A stretch of 64,000 bases of DNA from assembly GCA_038231275.1 (NCBI GenBank), contig JBBRLQ010000013.1, positions 64,001-128,000 on the forward strand, given 5' to 3'. Below are positions 8,639-18,057 of this stretch, in pieces (position 1 is the stretch's first letter; each line of letters starts with the position of its first letter). A program made the translations under genes and the position numbers. The stretch comes from Polyangiales bacterium. GTDB taxonomy: Bacteria > Myxococcota_A > Polyangia > Polyangiales > Polyangiaceae. The notes under the pieces were generated by a model. That model did no database searches. It was not told where the DNA came from and saw nothing but the letters and a program-made list of their open reading frames with translations.

Positions 8639-8909
8639 CTAGTGGGGCTTGCGCCCCCTCGCGCGTGAAGAACACGCGCGAGCCTCCCCGCATCGCCGAG
8701 GAACGGCGAAGTCGCGCGATGCGCGCGACGGCGTACCCAGACGTCGGCGCCCTAGTTGCGCTCTTCGCAGAGAAAGATGCGCCCGCTGTTCTGCTCTTCG
8801 CGAGATGACCTTCCGCGATGCCGTCGCGCGGTCGCGCGACTTCGCCGTTCCTCAGCGAGGCGGGGAGGCTCAAAACGCTCCGCGTTTTGAGGGGCGGCAA
8901 GCCCACTAG
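8639..8909. repeat. Nested palindromic intergenic element, copy 2
   Basis: Imperfect terminal IR starting and ending in CTAG; inner 40-bp IR 8680-8719/8832-8871 with 2 mismatches; side hairpins; shares motifs with 397..625. Confidence 0.8.
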
Positions 8910-8917
8910 CTGAAAAC

Positions 8918-8970
8918 GCAGTTGAAGCTCCGGCGGATTGACTCAGTCAATCCGCCGGAGCTTCATCTGC
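8918..8970. terminator. 26-bp-arm palindrome centred on the stop codon of the methyltransferase gene
   Basis: GCAGTTGAAGCTCCGGCGGATTGACT-C-AGTCAATCCGCCGGAGCTTCATCTGC, one mismatch. Confidence 0.6.
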
Positions 8971-9803
8971 ACGTCGCTCGACCAGTGCGCGGCGAAGGCG
9001 CGGACGCACGTGGAGAGGTAGCGATCGTAGTCGTCGAAGACTTGGTCGCCGTAGGTCGCACGGATGTCCTTCTCATGGAGCTTCATGCGGCGCAGCCACT
9101 CGGCGGTCGTCTTGCCGTAGTGCTCGCGGCGGGTGTGAAGCTCGACGATCTCCCAGCGTGGGCTGACGGCGGTGACGAGCTCCTCGAGGCGCGGGTTGAG
9201 GCCGCCCGGGAAGATGACGTCGGCGGTGAAGCGGAGATCCTCGAGGTCCTTCCGGTTGCGCGGCATGCGGTTCCGGAGGATGGCCTGGAAGCCGAAGCAG
9301 TCGCCCGGCTTCACGAACGTGGCGCACTTCTCGAAGTAGCCGCGATAGATCTGAACGGCGAGACCCTCGGCCGCCTGCTTCGGCGAGCACAGGTGGTCGA
9401 TCATCTCGATGGAGATGAGGGCGTCGTATTGCTCCTCGCCTTGCTCCTTCGGCGAGAAGTCGGCGTAGTCCATGCACCACACCTTCACGCCCTGAAGATT
9501 GCGGGCCATGATCTCTGCGTGCTGCGCGGTCGAGAGCGTGATGCCGTGCGCCGCCTTGGCGCCGCGCTTGGCGACGTACTCGAGGTTCGCGCCCCAGCCG
9601 CATCCAATGTCGAGCACGCGCTTGGTCTTGTCGACCTCGGCGAAGTCGTAGAGGATCCGGCTCTTGTTCTCCTGCGCGGTCTCGAGCGTGTCGCCGTCAC
9701 GGAAGACGGCGCACGTGTAGTGCATGCGCTCGTCGAGCCAGAGGCGGAAGAACTCGTTCGCGACGTCGTAGGAGACCTCGATTTGATCCTTTGTGCTGGT
9801 CAT
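8943..9803 (-). CDS. Cyclopropane-fatty-acyl-phospholipid synthase family SAM methyltransferase
   Basis: YDVANEFFRLWLD..M.YTCA, VLDIGCGWG, GITLS, SIEMIDH, IFPGG motifs. Confidence 0.9.
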   Translation of the reverse strand: MTSTKDQIEVSYDVANEFFRLWLDERMHYTCAVFRDGDTLETAQENKSRILYDFAEVDKTKRVLDIGCGWGANLEYVAKRGAKAAHGITLSTAQHAEIMARNLQGVKVWCMDYADFSPKEQGEEQYDALISIEMIDHLCSPKQAAEGLAVQIYRGYFEKCATFVKPGDCFGFQAILRNRMPRNRKDLEDLRFTADVIFPGGLNPRLEELVTAVSPRWEIVELHTRREHYGKTTAEWLRRMKLHEKDIRATYGDQVFDDYDRYLSTCVRAFAAHWSSDVQMKLRRID

Positions 9804-9837
9804 GACGGCGCTGGTATGCCACGAAATACTCTGGTCG

Positions 9838-11169
9838 TCACGGGGTGACGGTGAACGTCGCCGCCGCGCCCGCCGCGCCCGCGGGGATGGTGCCGCCGTA
9901 GACGAGGACGAGCTGATTGTTGGAGCCGTCGTGGAAGCCGTACGCGAGCGCCGTCTTGGGGGACGTGTTCGACGCGACCGTCGTGCCGCCGAGCATGAAC
10001 GTCCACGTCGCGCTGTTCCACCCGTCGAGCACGAACACAGAGGCGAAGCGCGACGCGGCGGTCTTCATCACCCAACTAACCGGCGAGGTCCCGGCGGGCG
10101 TGGTGAGGTACCAGGCGAGCTCCCCGTCGTCGAAATTCGCGGCGGTGGCGCCGGTGAGGGCGCCGATCCCCTGATCGAAGTAGTCCGCGGCGCGATCGCC
10201 GAGCCCCTGCGCGCTGAGCCCGCCCGGCCACACCATGAGCTCGCCGTTGCGCGCGAACATCGCGCCCGCCGCGACGCTGGTGTTTTGGACCAACCAGAAG
10301 TGATCCGTCGAGAAGTCCGAGCCGCCGTTCGTCTCGCCCGAGCCGTTCATGAGCAGCGCGTTCGGCCCGGGCGGCGGGCCGTCTACACGCGAGTACGCCT
10401 CGGTGCTCCCGCTGATGGCGGAGATGGCCCAGTTGACGTTGGTGGCCGGTGTACTGTGCATGTATTCGACGTTGTCGATCGGCACCGCCGCGGCGTTCGA
10501 GTTGTTCGCCTGGTACTTCAGCCCGACGCGGCCGCTCGGGTAGATGGTGTGGGCGGCGGTGACGTTGAGCTTCTGCGCGCCAGTGCCGAGATCGAACTTC
10601 GAGATCACCTGAACGCGGGCCGGCGTTTGGTCGATGATCTGCGCGCTGGACGGGCTCGCCTCGCGGCTCAAGTAGAAGACGCCGCCGATCTGGATCTGAA
10701 ATGGCTCGAGGAGCAAGTTGGCGCTGCAGCCACCATCGTAGCGGCACGAGAGGTTCGCGCTCGTCGTGCCGATGTCGACCCACTCGGTGAGGAGCCACGC
10801 CGACTCGCTGCCGAACGACAGCCGAAACCGACCGGTCGCCTCGACGGAGATCGGCGACGCGGCGGGCGAGCCGGTCACGACGAGATCCACCGCGGAGGCG
10901 ACGACGTCCGGCGAGGCGTCGCTCGCAGCGTCGGGGAGGTGCGCGTCGGTCGTGGAGCCGTCCGGCGGCGGCGAGGACGTGTCCGATGTGAGCGTGTCGC
11001 CCACCACGTCGGTCAAGCTCGCATCGTTTGGTTGCGCGCCGTCGGGTCCGACGGCGCCGTCGCCGAGCCCGTTGGTGTCGAGAAACAGCGAGCAGGCGAA
11101 CGCCGACGCGGCGAAAAGTCCGCATGAATAGGCCATCACGAATGGGTGGTGCCCCCGACGCTTCCCCAT
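9838..11169 (-). CDS. Hypothetical lipoprotein, beta-rich
   Basis: Basic N-region and lipobox AFA-C; Asp/Ala/Pro linker followed by a globular region. Confidence 0.7.
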   Translation of the reverse strand: MGKRRGHHPFVMAYSCGLFAASAFACSLFLDTNGLGDGAVGPDGAQPNDASLTDVVGDTLTSDTSSPPPDGSTTDAHLPDAASDASPDVVASAVDLVVTGSPAASPISVEATGRFRLSFGSESAWLLTEWVDIGTTSANLSCRYDGGCSANLLLEPFQIQIGGVFYLSREASPSSAQIIDQTPARVQVISKFDLGTGAQKLNVTAAHTIYPSGRVGLKYQANNSNAAAVPIDNVEYMHSTPATNVNWAISAISGSTEAYSRVDGPPPGPNALLMNGSGETNGGSDFSTDHFWLVQNTSVAAGAMFARNGELMVWPGGLSAQGLGDRAADYFDQGIGALTGATAANFDDGELAWYLTTPAGTSPVSWVMKTAASRFASVFVLDGWNSATWTFMLGGTTVASNTSPKTALAYGFHDGSNNQLVLVYGGTIPAGAAGAAATFTVTP

Positions 11170-11217
11170 GAACTCGTCACTGTACCGCGATTTGGGCGCG
11201 GGCTACTCTGGGGAACG

Positions 11218-12735
11218 ATGGGCGAGCTTGGCTCCCTCTCCGCCACGCGCATCCTAGGCCGCTACGCGCTCTACGACGAGATCGCGGCGGGCGGCATGGC
11301 AACGGTCCATCTGGGGCGGCTCATCGGCCCCGTCGGCTTCTCTCGCACAGTCGCCATCAAGCGACTTCACGCGCAGTATGCGAAGGATCCGGAGTTCGTC
11401 GCGATGTTCCTCGACGAAGGGCGCCTCGCTGCCCGCATTCGGCATCCAAACGTCGTCCCGACTCTCGATGTCGTAGCGCTCGACAAAGAGCTGTTCCTCG
11501 TCATGGAGTACGTGCAGGGTGAGTCGCTCTCGCGGCTCTTTCGCGCCGCGGCGAACAAGGGAGCGCCGATCCCCCGCAACATTGCCGTCACCGTGATGGC
11601 GGGCGTGCTCCACGGCCTCCACGCCGCGCACGAGGCGAAGACGGAGCAGGGCTCGGCGCTCGCGATCGTTCACCGCGACGTGTCGCCGCAGAACGTGCTC
11701 GTGGGCATCGACGGCGTCGCCCGCGTGCTCGATTTCGGTGTCGCCAAGGCGACCGAGCGCATGCAGACGACGCAGGACGGGCGCATCAAGGGAAAAATTT
11801 CCTACATGGCGCCCGAGCAGCTGATGAGCGACGCGGTCGATCGACGCGCCGACGTGTACGCCGCAGCGGTCGTGCTTTGGGAGCTGCTCGCGGGCAAGCG
11901 CTTGTTCGAGGGCTCGAACGACGCGCGCGTGCTGGCCAAGGTGCTCGGCGAGCCGCCCCAGCCGCCGAGCAGCGTCGAACCCTCGGTGCCGAAGGACGTC
12001 GACCGTATCGTGATGCGCGGGCTCTCGCGCGATCGAGCGCTCCGCTTTCAAACGGCGCGCGAGATGGCGGTGGCGCTCGAGAACGTAGGCGCGCTCGCGC
12101 CCGCGTCGGCGATCGGCGAGTGGGTCGAGTCGATCGCGCACGACGCGCTCGTGAAGCGGGCGAGCCGCGTGAGCGAGATCGAGAGCCGTTCGGACATCCA
12201 CGCTGCGATCGTCCCGGCGCCGCCGGTGAGCGGGCCGGTGCCGAGATCTCACGCCGGCGCGGAGGAGAGCGCTGCGCCGGCGAGCGGTACGAGCCCGAGC
12301 CAGGCGCCGACGAGCGTCTCGTCGCGAAGGATCGCGCCGACGCTGCCGGAAGAGATGGTGAGCGTCGACGCCGAGCCGCCCGAGCCGGCGCCGGTGCCGA
12401 AGCGGCGTGGCCGCGTGGTGCTCGGGCTCGCCGTGGCGGTGGCCGCAGTCGGCGCCATTGCCTTTTTCGCGCGCGGACGAGCGACGACCGCGACCGCGAC
12501 CACGAGCACGATCGCGACCACGACCACGACCACGACCCCGACCCCGAGCCCGACCGCGACCGCAGAGCCGGTGACCATCGCGACCACGACCTCGAAGAAG
12601 CCCATGGCGCATCCGCCGGCGAAGGCGCCGTCGCCCGCTGCGAGGCCGCCGAAAACGCCGGCGGATTCCTGCGATCCTCCGTACACGATCGACACGGATG
12701 GAATTCGCCACGCGAAGCCGGAGTGCCTAAAATGA
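11218..12735 (+). CDS. Membrane Ser/Thr protein kinase
   Basis: GGMATV, VAIK, HRDVSPQN, DFG and YMAPE intact; TM helix; Thr/Pro stalk; C-terminal CDPPY..D..GI...K..C. Confidence 0.92.
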   Translation: MGELGSLSATRILGRYALYDEIAAGGMATVHLGRLIGPVGFSRTVAIKRLHAQYAKDPEFVAMFLDEGRLAARIRHPNVVPTLDVVALDKELFLVMEYVQGESLSRLFRAAANKGAPIPRNIAVTVMAGVLHGLHAAHEAKTEQGSALAIVHRDVSPQNVLVGIDGVARVLDFGVAKATERMQTTQDGRIKGKISYMAPEQLMSDAVDRRADVYAAAVVLWELLAGKRLFEGSNDARVLAKVLGEPPQPPSSVEPSVPKDVDRIVMRGLSRDRALRFQTAREMAVALENVGALAPASAIGEWVESIAHDALVKRASRVSEIESRSDIHAAIVPAPPVSGPVPRSHAGAEESAAPASGTSPSQAPTSVSSRRIAPTLPEEMVSVDAEPPEPAPVPKRRGRVVLGLAVAVAAVGAIAFFARGRATTATATTSTIATTTTTTTPTPSPTATAEPVTIATTTSKKPMAHPPAKAPSPAARPPKTPADSCDPPYTIDTDGIRHAKPECLK

Positions 12736-13547
12736 GCACGATCACACGCCCCGCCGTTGCTTCGCTGTTCGCGCTGCAACTCGCGATCGCCCCGAGCGTG
12801 GCTTCTGCCGTGGACGTGCTTGCACGGTGCTCGGCGACCTACTCAGAGTCGCAGGTCGAGAAGAAAGCCGCGCACCTCCTCAAGGCGCGCGAGAAGCTCG
12901 TCGTGTGCGCGCAGCCCACATGCCCATCGTTCATCACCGCGGACTGCACGCAGTGGCTCGCCGAGGTCGACGCGCGCATGCCGCAGGTCGCGTTCGTCGC
13001 TCGCGATCGCAGCGGACGCGACAAGGTCGACGTGACCGTGGCGATGGACGGGCAGGAGATCTTGCACGAGCTCAGCGGCAAGGCGGTTGCCGTCGACCCC
13101 GGCGCGCACACCTTCACGTTCACGACGAGCGGCGCGCCATCTGTCAGCGAGCAGACGATCATCGCGGAGGGCGAGAAGAGCCGCGTCATCACCGTCACCA
13201 TCGGCGGCGAGGCGCCGGCCAGCGCGGGCAAGTCGGCCGTCGTCGCCCCGCGGACGCGCCGCGCCTCCGCCGTCCCCGCCATCGTCGTGGGCGCCGCCGG
13301 GATCGTCGTGCTCGGCGCGTCGGCGTTCTTTGGATTCTCCGCCAAGAGCGACGTCGACCACATGAAGTCCACATGCGCGCCCACCTGCCCGAGCGGCGAC
13401 ATCCACTCGGCAGACGCGAAGATCCTCGTCTCCGACGTCACCCTCGCGGTCGGAGTCGTTGCTATCGGCATCGCCGCGTGGCTCTTCTTCTCGCGGGGCG
13501 AGGTCGAAGATACGAGCGCGCGCGTCCCGGGCCTCGTGCGCTTCTGA
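12732..13547 (+). CDS. Exported PEGA-like domain membrane protein coupled to the kinase
   Basis: Overlaps the kinase stop; signal peptide, Cys-containing helical region, VDPG.H.F motif, two C-terminal hydrophobic helices. Confidence 0.75.
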   Translation: MSTITRPAVASLFALQLAIAPSVASAVDVLARCSATYSESQVEKKAAHLLKAREKLVVCAQPTCPSFITADCTQWLAEVDARMPQVAFVARDRSGRDKVDVTVAMDGQEILHELSGKAVAVDPGAHTFTFTTSGAPSVSEQTIIAEGEKSRVITVTIGGEAPASAGKSAVVAPRTRRASAVPAIVVGAAGIVVLGASAFFGFSAKSDVDHMKSTCAPTCPSGDIHSADAKILVSDVTLAVGVVAIGIAAWLFFSRGEVEDTSARVPGLVRF

Positions 13548-13619
13548 CCGGCCGCGACCCGGTCTCCGTCCGTTCGACGGTCACGACGACGTTGTCGATG
13601 ACGACGTCCAGCCCTCGGT

Positions 13620-16040
13620 TCAGGCCCCCAAAAACCCCGTCGCCGGGGCCGGGCTCTGCGTGCGCGCCTTCGGAGGTTGCTCGAGCGCCGCAGCGAGGAC
13701 CTCGTCCATCCTCGCGACGAAGACGAACTCGAGCTCCTTTTTCACCTCGTCCGGAACGTCGTCGAGATCGTGGCGGTTGCGCTCGGGCACGAGCACCCGC
13801 TTGATCCCGGCGCGGTGTGCGGCCAGCACCTTCTCCTTCAGGCCGCCGATCGGGAGCACCCGGCCGCGCAGCGTGATCTCGCCGGTCATCGCGACGTCGT
13901 GGCGGACGCGGATGCCCGTGTACATCGACACGATCGCCGTGAGGAGTGTGACGCCGGCGCTCGGTCCGTCCTTCGGCATCCCGCCCGCGGGGACGTGGAC
14001 GTGCACGTCGTTCGTCTCGAACAGCTCCGGCGCGATGCCGTACCTCTCTGCGTTCGCGCGGGCGTAGCTCATCGCGGCCTGCGCGCTCTCCTTCATCACG
14101 TCTCCGAGCTGACCGGTCAGGATCAGCTTGCCCTTGCCGGCCATTCGCGTCGCCTCGACGAAGAGGATCTCTCCTCCCACCGGGGTCCACGCGAGGCCGG
14201 TCGCCACGCCCGGGTCTTCGGTGCGCTCGGCGATCTCGCCGCGGAAGCGCGGCTGGCCGAGGATCTGGACGACGTCGTCCTCGGTCGCGACCGACCGCTT
14301 CTCGTACTTGCCCTCGGCGAGCCCCACGACGACCGCGCGAACGATCGCCGCGATCTGGCGCTCGAGCGAGCGCACTCCGGCCTCTCGTGTGAAACCGTCG
14401 ATGATCGATTCGAGCGCGGCGTCCGACACGTCGAACTGCTCGGGGGTGAGGCCGTGCTCGCCGAGCTGCTTCGGGACGAGGTGACGGCGCGCGATCGCGA
14501 GCTTCTCTTTGCGGGTGTAGCCGGGGATCTCGATGATCTCCATGCGGTCCTTCAGCGGGCCAGGGATCGTGTCTCCCTGGTTCGCCGTCGCGACGAACAT
14601 CACGCCGGAGAGATCGTACGGGATCTCGAGGTAGTGATCGGTGAACGTGTCGTTCTGCTCGGGATCGAGCACCTCGAGCAACGCGGACGACGGATCGCCG
14701 CGGTAGTCGCGACCGAGCTTGTCGACCTCGTCGAGCATGAGCACCGGGTTGACGGTGCCGGCCTTCTTCATCGCCTGGATGACCTGGCCTGGGAGCGCGC
14801 CGACGTAGGTGCGCCGATGTCCGCGAATGGCCGCTTCGTCGTGCACGCCGCCGAGGCTCATGCGCTGGAATTTGCGGCCAGTGGCCCGGGCGATGCTGCG
14901 GCCGAGCGACGTCTTGCCGACGCCAGGGGGACCGATGAGGCACAAGATCGGCCCCTTCTTGTCGCTCTTCAGCTTGCGGACGGCGAGGTACTCGAGGATG
15001 CGCTTTTTGACCTTCTCGAGGCCGTAGTGATCGTCGTCCAAGACCTTGCGGACCGCGGAGATCTCGGTCGAATCGACGCTGCTCTCCTTCCACGGCACGT
15101 CGAGGATCCACTCGACGTACGTGCGCACCATGGTGAACTCCGGCGACTGCGCGGACATGCCGCGGAGGCGACGGATCTGCTTTTTGACGACGTCGGCGGC
15201 CTCCGTCGAGAGCTGCTTCTCGGCGGCGCGCTTCTCGAGCTCGTCGACGGCGCTGTCCTCGTCGCCGCCTTCGGGATCGAGCTCGTCCTGGATTGCCTTC
15301 AGCTGCTGGCGGAGCACATGCTCGCGCTGCGTCTTGCCGAGCTCGTCCTTGACCTGCGCGTTGATCTTGTCGCGCATCTTGAAGGCCTCGAGGCGGCGCA
15401 TCACGTAGCGCAGGACCTCCCGCAGGCGTGTCTTGTCCTCGAGCATGCCGAGGAGGGTCGCCTTCTCGTCGGCCGTCGCGTCGACGTAACCGGCCACGAA
15501 ATCCGCGAGGCGGCCGGGCTCCTCGATCGACTCGAAGCGGCCGGCCATCTCGCGCGGCAGACCCGGCAGGAACTTGAGCACCTCGCGCGTCGCGTCCTTC
15601 AAGCTCATCCCGAGGGCTTCGAGCTCGCTGTCTTTGTCGGCCGCGTCCTCGTGCGACGTGGTCACGGTGGTTACCCGCCCCTCGAAGAACGGCGCCTCGC
15701 GGGTGAGCGCTTCCAAACGGATTCGCTCCTTGCCCTCGAGGATCACCGCCCAGGTGCCGTCCTTCTGGCGGGCCGCGCCGACGACGCGGGCGAGGACGCC
15801 GATGGGATGGAGGTCGTCCATCTCCGGCTCATCCTTGCGGCCGTCTCTCTGCGTGAAGACGGCAACCGTGATGTTCGGATTCGAAGAGGCGCGAGCCGCG
15901 ATGTGCTCCGCGAGCGCGACGCTCTTCGCGCGACCGACGTCGAAGGAGACCACGATGCCCGGAAACAGCACCGCGTTGCGGAGGGTGAGGATGGGAGATT
16001 CGAACGTTTGGTTCTTGAGGCTGTTCAGGGGGCTCGTCAT
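13620..16040 (-). CDS. lon: ATP-dependent protease La
   Basis: LON N domain, [35 protein letters not shown]. Confidence 0.97.
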   Translation of the reverse strand: MTSPLNSLKNQTFESPILTLRNAVLFPGIVVSFDVGRAKSVALAEHIAARASSNPNITVAVFTQRDGRKDEPEMDDLHPIGVLARVVGAARQKDGTWAVILEGKERIRLEALTREAPFFEGRVTTVTTSHEDAADKDSELEALGMSLKDATREVLKFLPGLPREMAGRFESIEEPGRLADFVAGYVDATADEKATLLGMLEDKTRLREVLRYVMRRLEAFKMRDKINAQVKDELGKTQREHVLRQQLKAIQDELDPEGGDEDSAVDELEKRAAEKQLSTEAADVVKKQIRRLRGMSAQSPEFTMVRTYVEWILDVPWKESSVDSTEISAVRKVLDDDHYGLEKVKKRILEYLAVRKLKSDKKGPILCLIGPPGVGKTSLGRSIARATGRKFQRMSLGGVHDEAAIRGHRRTYVGALPGQVIQAMKKAGTVNPVLMLDEVDKLGRDYRGDPSSALLEVLDPEQNDTFTDHYLEIPYDLSGVMFVATANQGDTIPGPLKDRMEIIEIPGYTRKEKLAIARRHLVPKQLGEHGLTPEQFDVSDAALESIIDGFTREAGVRSLERQIAAIVRAVVVGLAEGKYEKRSVATEDDVVQILGQPRFRGEIAERTEDPGVATGLAWTPVGGEILFVEATRMAGKGKLILTGQLGDVMKESAQAAMSYARANAERYGIAPELFETNDVHVHVPAGGMPKDGPSAGVTLLTAIVSMYTGIRVRHDVAMTGEITLRGRVLPIGGLKEKVLAAHRAGIKRVLVPERNRHDLDDVPDEVKKELEFVFVARMDEVLAAALEQPPKARTQSPAPATGFLGA

Positions 16041-16066
16041 GGCGTCTTCGTTTGACCGTAAGCACG

Positions 16067-16082
16067 GGCAAAAACTTCGCCA
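16067..16082 (-). promoter_or_regulatory. Sigma-54 (-24/-12) promoter upstream of lon
   Basis: Minus strand TGGCGAAGTTTTTGCC, exact GG-N10-GC spacing, ending 26 nt before the ATG. Confidence 0.6.
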
Positions 16083-16133
16083 CTGTCTTGGATCCGACAG
16101 GCGTATTCTGAGTGGAGAATCGAGGGCTCATCC

Positions 16134-16835
16134 ATGCACGAAATCGTGATGCGCGCGCCGGGCAAGAACGCGCTGTCGACTGCGCTCATGTCGTGGTTCG
16201 TCACCGAGCTCGAAGCGGCGGCCGGGCAGCCGGTGCTCATCCGTGGCTCCGACGGCGCGTTCAGCGCGGGGCTCAACCTGAAGGAGATCTCGAGCCTCGA
16301 CGAGGACGGGATGGAGCGGTTCCTGAACGCGCTCGAAGAGATGCTCGACGCGCTCTACACCTACCCAGGGCCGACCGTCGCGTGCATCGACGGCCACGCG
16401 ATTGCAGGAGGCTGCGTCGTCGCCCTCGCGTGCGATCTTCGCATCGTCGCAGCGAATCCCGAGCTGCGCATCGGCCTGAACGAAACGGCGATCGGGCTGC
16501 GCTTCCCGCCCAAGGCCTTCGCGATCGTGAAGCAGCGCCTGGCGCCCCACGTGCTCGAGCGCGTCGTCCTCGGCGCCGGGCTCCATCCGCCGGAGCAGGC
16601 GCTCGCGCTCGGCCTCGTCGACGAGATCGCGTTCGACGTCGAGGCCGCCGCGCGAACGCACCTGTCGCGCCTCGCCGCCTACCCGCGCGAGGCCTACGCG
16701 CGAAACAAGGAGGCGCTCCGTGCAGGCGTCATGGACGTGAACGACGACGACGCACGACGCTTCCGCGAAGAAGTCGTTCCGCTCTGGAGCTCGCGCGAGA
16801 CGAAGGACCGGCTCCTCTCGCTCCTCAAGAAGTAG
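16134..16835 (+). CDS. Enoyl-CoA hydratase/isomerase family protein
   Basis: FSAGLNL, GHAIAGG, ACDLRI, GLNE..IGL. Confidence 0.9.
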   Translation: MHEIVMRAPGKNALSTALMSWFVTELEAAAGQPVLIRGSDGAFSAGLNLKEISSLDEDGMERFLNALEEMLDALYTYPGPTVACIDGHAIAGGCVVALACDLRIVAANPELRIGLNETAIGLRFPPKAFAIVKQRLAPHVLERVVLGAGLHPPEQALALGLVDEIAFDVEAAARTHLSRLAAYPREAYARNKEALRAGVMDVNDDDARRFREEVVPLWSSRETKDRLLSLLKK

Positions 16836-16849
16836 GACACGCTCGCCTC

Positions 16850-18016
16850 GTGAAGAATCGCGTCGTCCTCATCGTCTTCTTGACGATCTTCCTCGATCTC
16901 ATCGGCTTCGGGATCATCATCCCGATGCTGCCGCTCTACGTGAAGTCGATGGGCGGATCGGCGCAGGTCGTGGGCTTCATCTTGTCGGTCTTCTCGTTCA
17001 CCCAGCTCCTCGCGACTCCTCTACTAGGGAAGCTCTCCGATCGCCTGGGGCGGCGGCCCGTCATCCTCGTGTCCTTGGCCGGCAACGCGGCGTCGATGGT
17101 GATCTTCGCGGTGGCGACCGAGGCGCGGCTCCTTCCTCTCCTCTTCATCTCGCGGATCATCGCGGGCGCGACTGCGGGGAACATCGCGGCGTGCCAGGCG
17201 GCGGTGGCGGACGTGACGGAAGGCGAGGAGCGCGCGAAGGGGATGGGGCGCGTCGGGGCGGCGATCGGCCTCGGGATGGTGATGGGGCCCGCGGTGGGTA
17301 GCGCGCTGGCGATCGTCGGACCGTGGGGACCACCGATGGGGGCCGCGGCGCTGGCGCTCGCCGATCTCGTCGCCGCGTTTTTCTGGATGCCGGAGACCCG
17401 CAAGATCGCGCCGAAGGCCGCGGATCCGAAAGCGGCCAACGGAGCGAGCCTTGGAACGCTCCTCGGCGACCCGAAGATCCTCACCGTGTTCACGCTCTAC
17501 TTCCTCATGTTCCTCGCGATGACCAACATGCAGGTGGCGCTGGCGCTCCTCGCCAAGGAGCGGTTCGGGTGGGGAGCGAAAGAGGTCGGCGCCGGCTTCT
17601 CCGCATTCGGAGCGATCTCGCTCGTCATCCAAGGGCTCCTCATCGGGCGCCTCGTTCGCATGTTCTCGCCCATCGGCATCGCAGTCGCGGGAGGGCTCAC
17701 GATGGCGGCGGGGCTCCTCCTCGTCGCGTTCTCGGGGAGCCAGACGATGCTCGTCGCCGGCATCATGGGGATCGCGATCGGGATGGGAGTGAACGGGCCG
17801 GTCTTCTCGACGATGGCGTCCGATCTCGCGGGAGAAGGGCGACGCGGCGCGGTGCTCGGCTTCGCGCAGTCGTCGGGAGGGCTCGCGCGCACGGTTGGCC
17901 CGGCGCTGTCCGGGTTCCTCTTCACGACGTTCAGCTCGGGGGCGCCGTTCCTGAGCGGGGCGCTCGCGGCGACGTTCCTGGCGGGGCTCGCGCTCACGCT
18001 TCGCAAGCCGGGGTAA
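16850..18016 (+). CDS. MFS transporter, TetA/DHA1-like
   Basis: D.IGFGIIIP.LP, motif A GKLSDRLGRRP, about 12 hydrophobic helices; GTG start. Confidence 0.9.
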   Translation: MKNRVVLIVFLTIFLDLIGFGIIIPMLPLYVKSMGGSAQVVGFILSVFSFTQLLATPLLGKLSDRLGRRPVILVSLAGNAASMVIFAVATEARLLPLLFISRIIAGATAGNIAACQAAVADVTEGEERAKGMGRVGAAIGLGMVMGPAVGSALAIVGPWGPPMGAAALALADLVAAFFWMPETRKIAPKAADPKAANGASLGTLLGDPKILTVFTLYFLMFLAMTNMQVALALLAKERFGWGAKEVGAGFSAFGAISLVIQGLLIGRLVRMFSPIGIAVAGGLTMAAGLLLVAFSGSQTMLVAGIMGIAIGMGVNGPVFSTMASDLAGEGRRGAVLGFAQSSGGLARTVGPALSGFLFTTFSSGAPFLSGALAATFLAGLALTLRKPG

Positions 18017-18057
18017 GCTATGGTGCGTCAGCCGTGCACAAGGAGCCCAACTCCAGC

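Noticed and set aside
8922..9848. 308-aa + strand ORF starting MKLRRID
   Set aside because: Antisense shadow of the methyltransferase; its start merely mirrors the palindrome.
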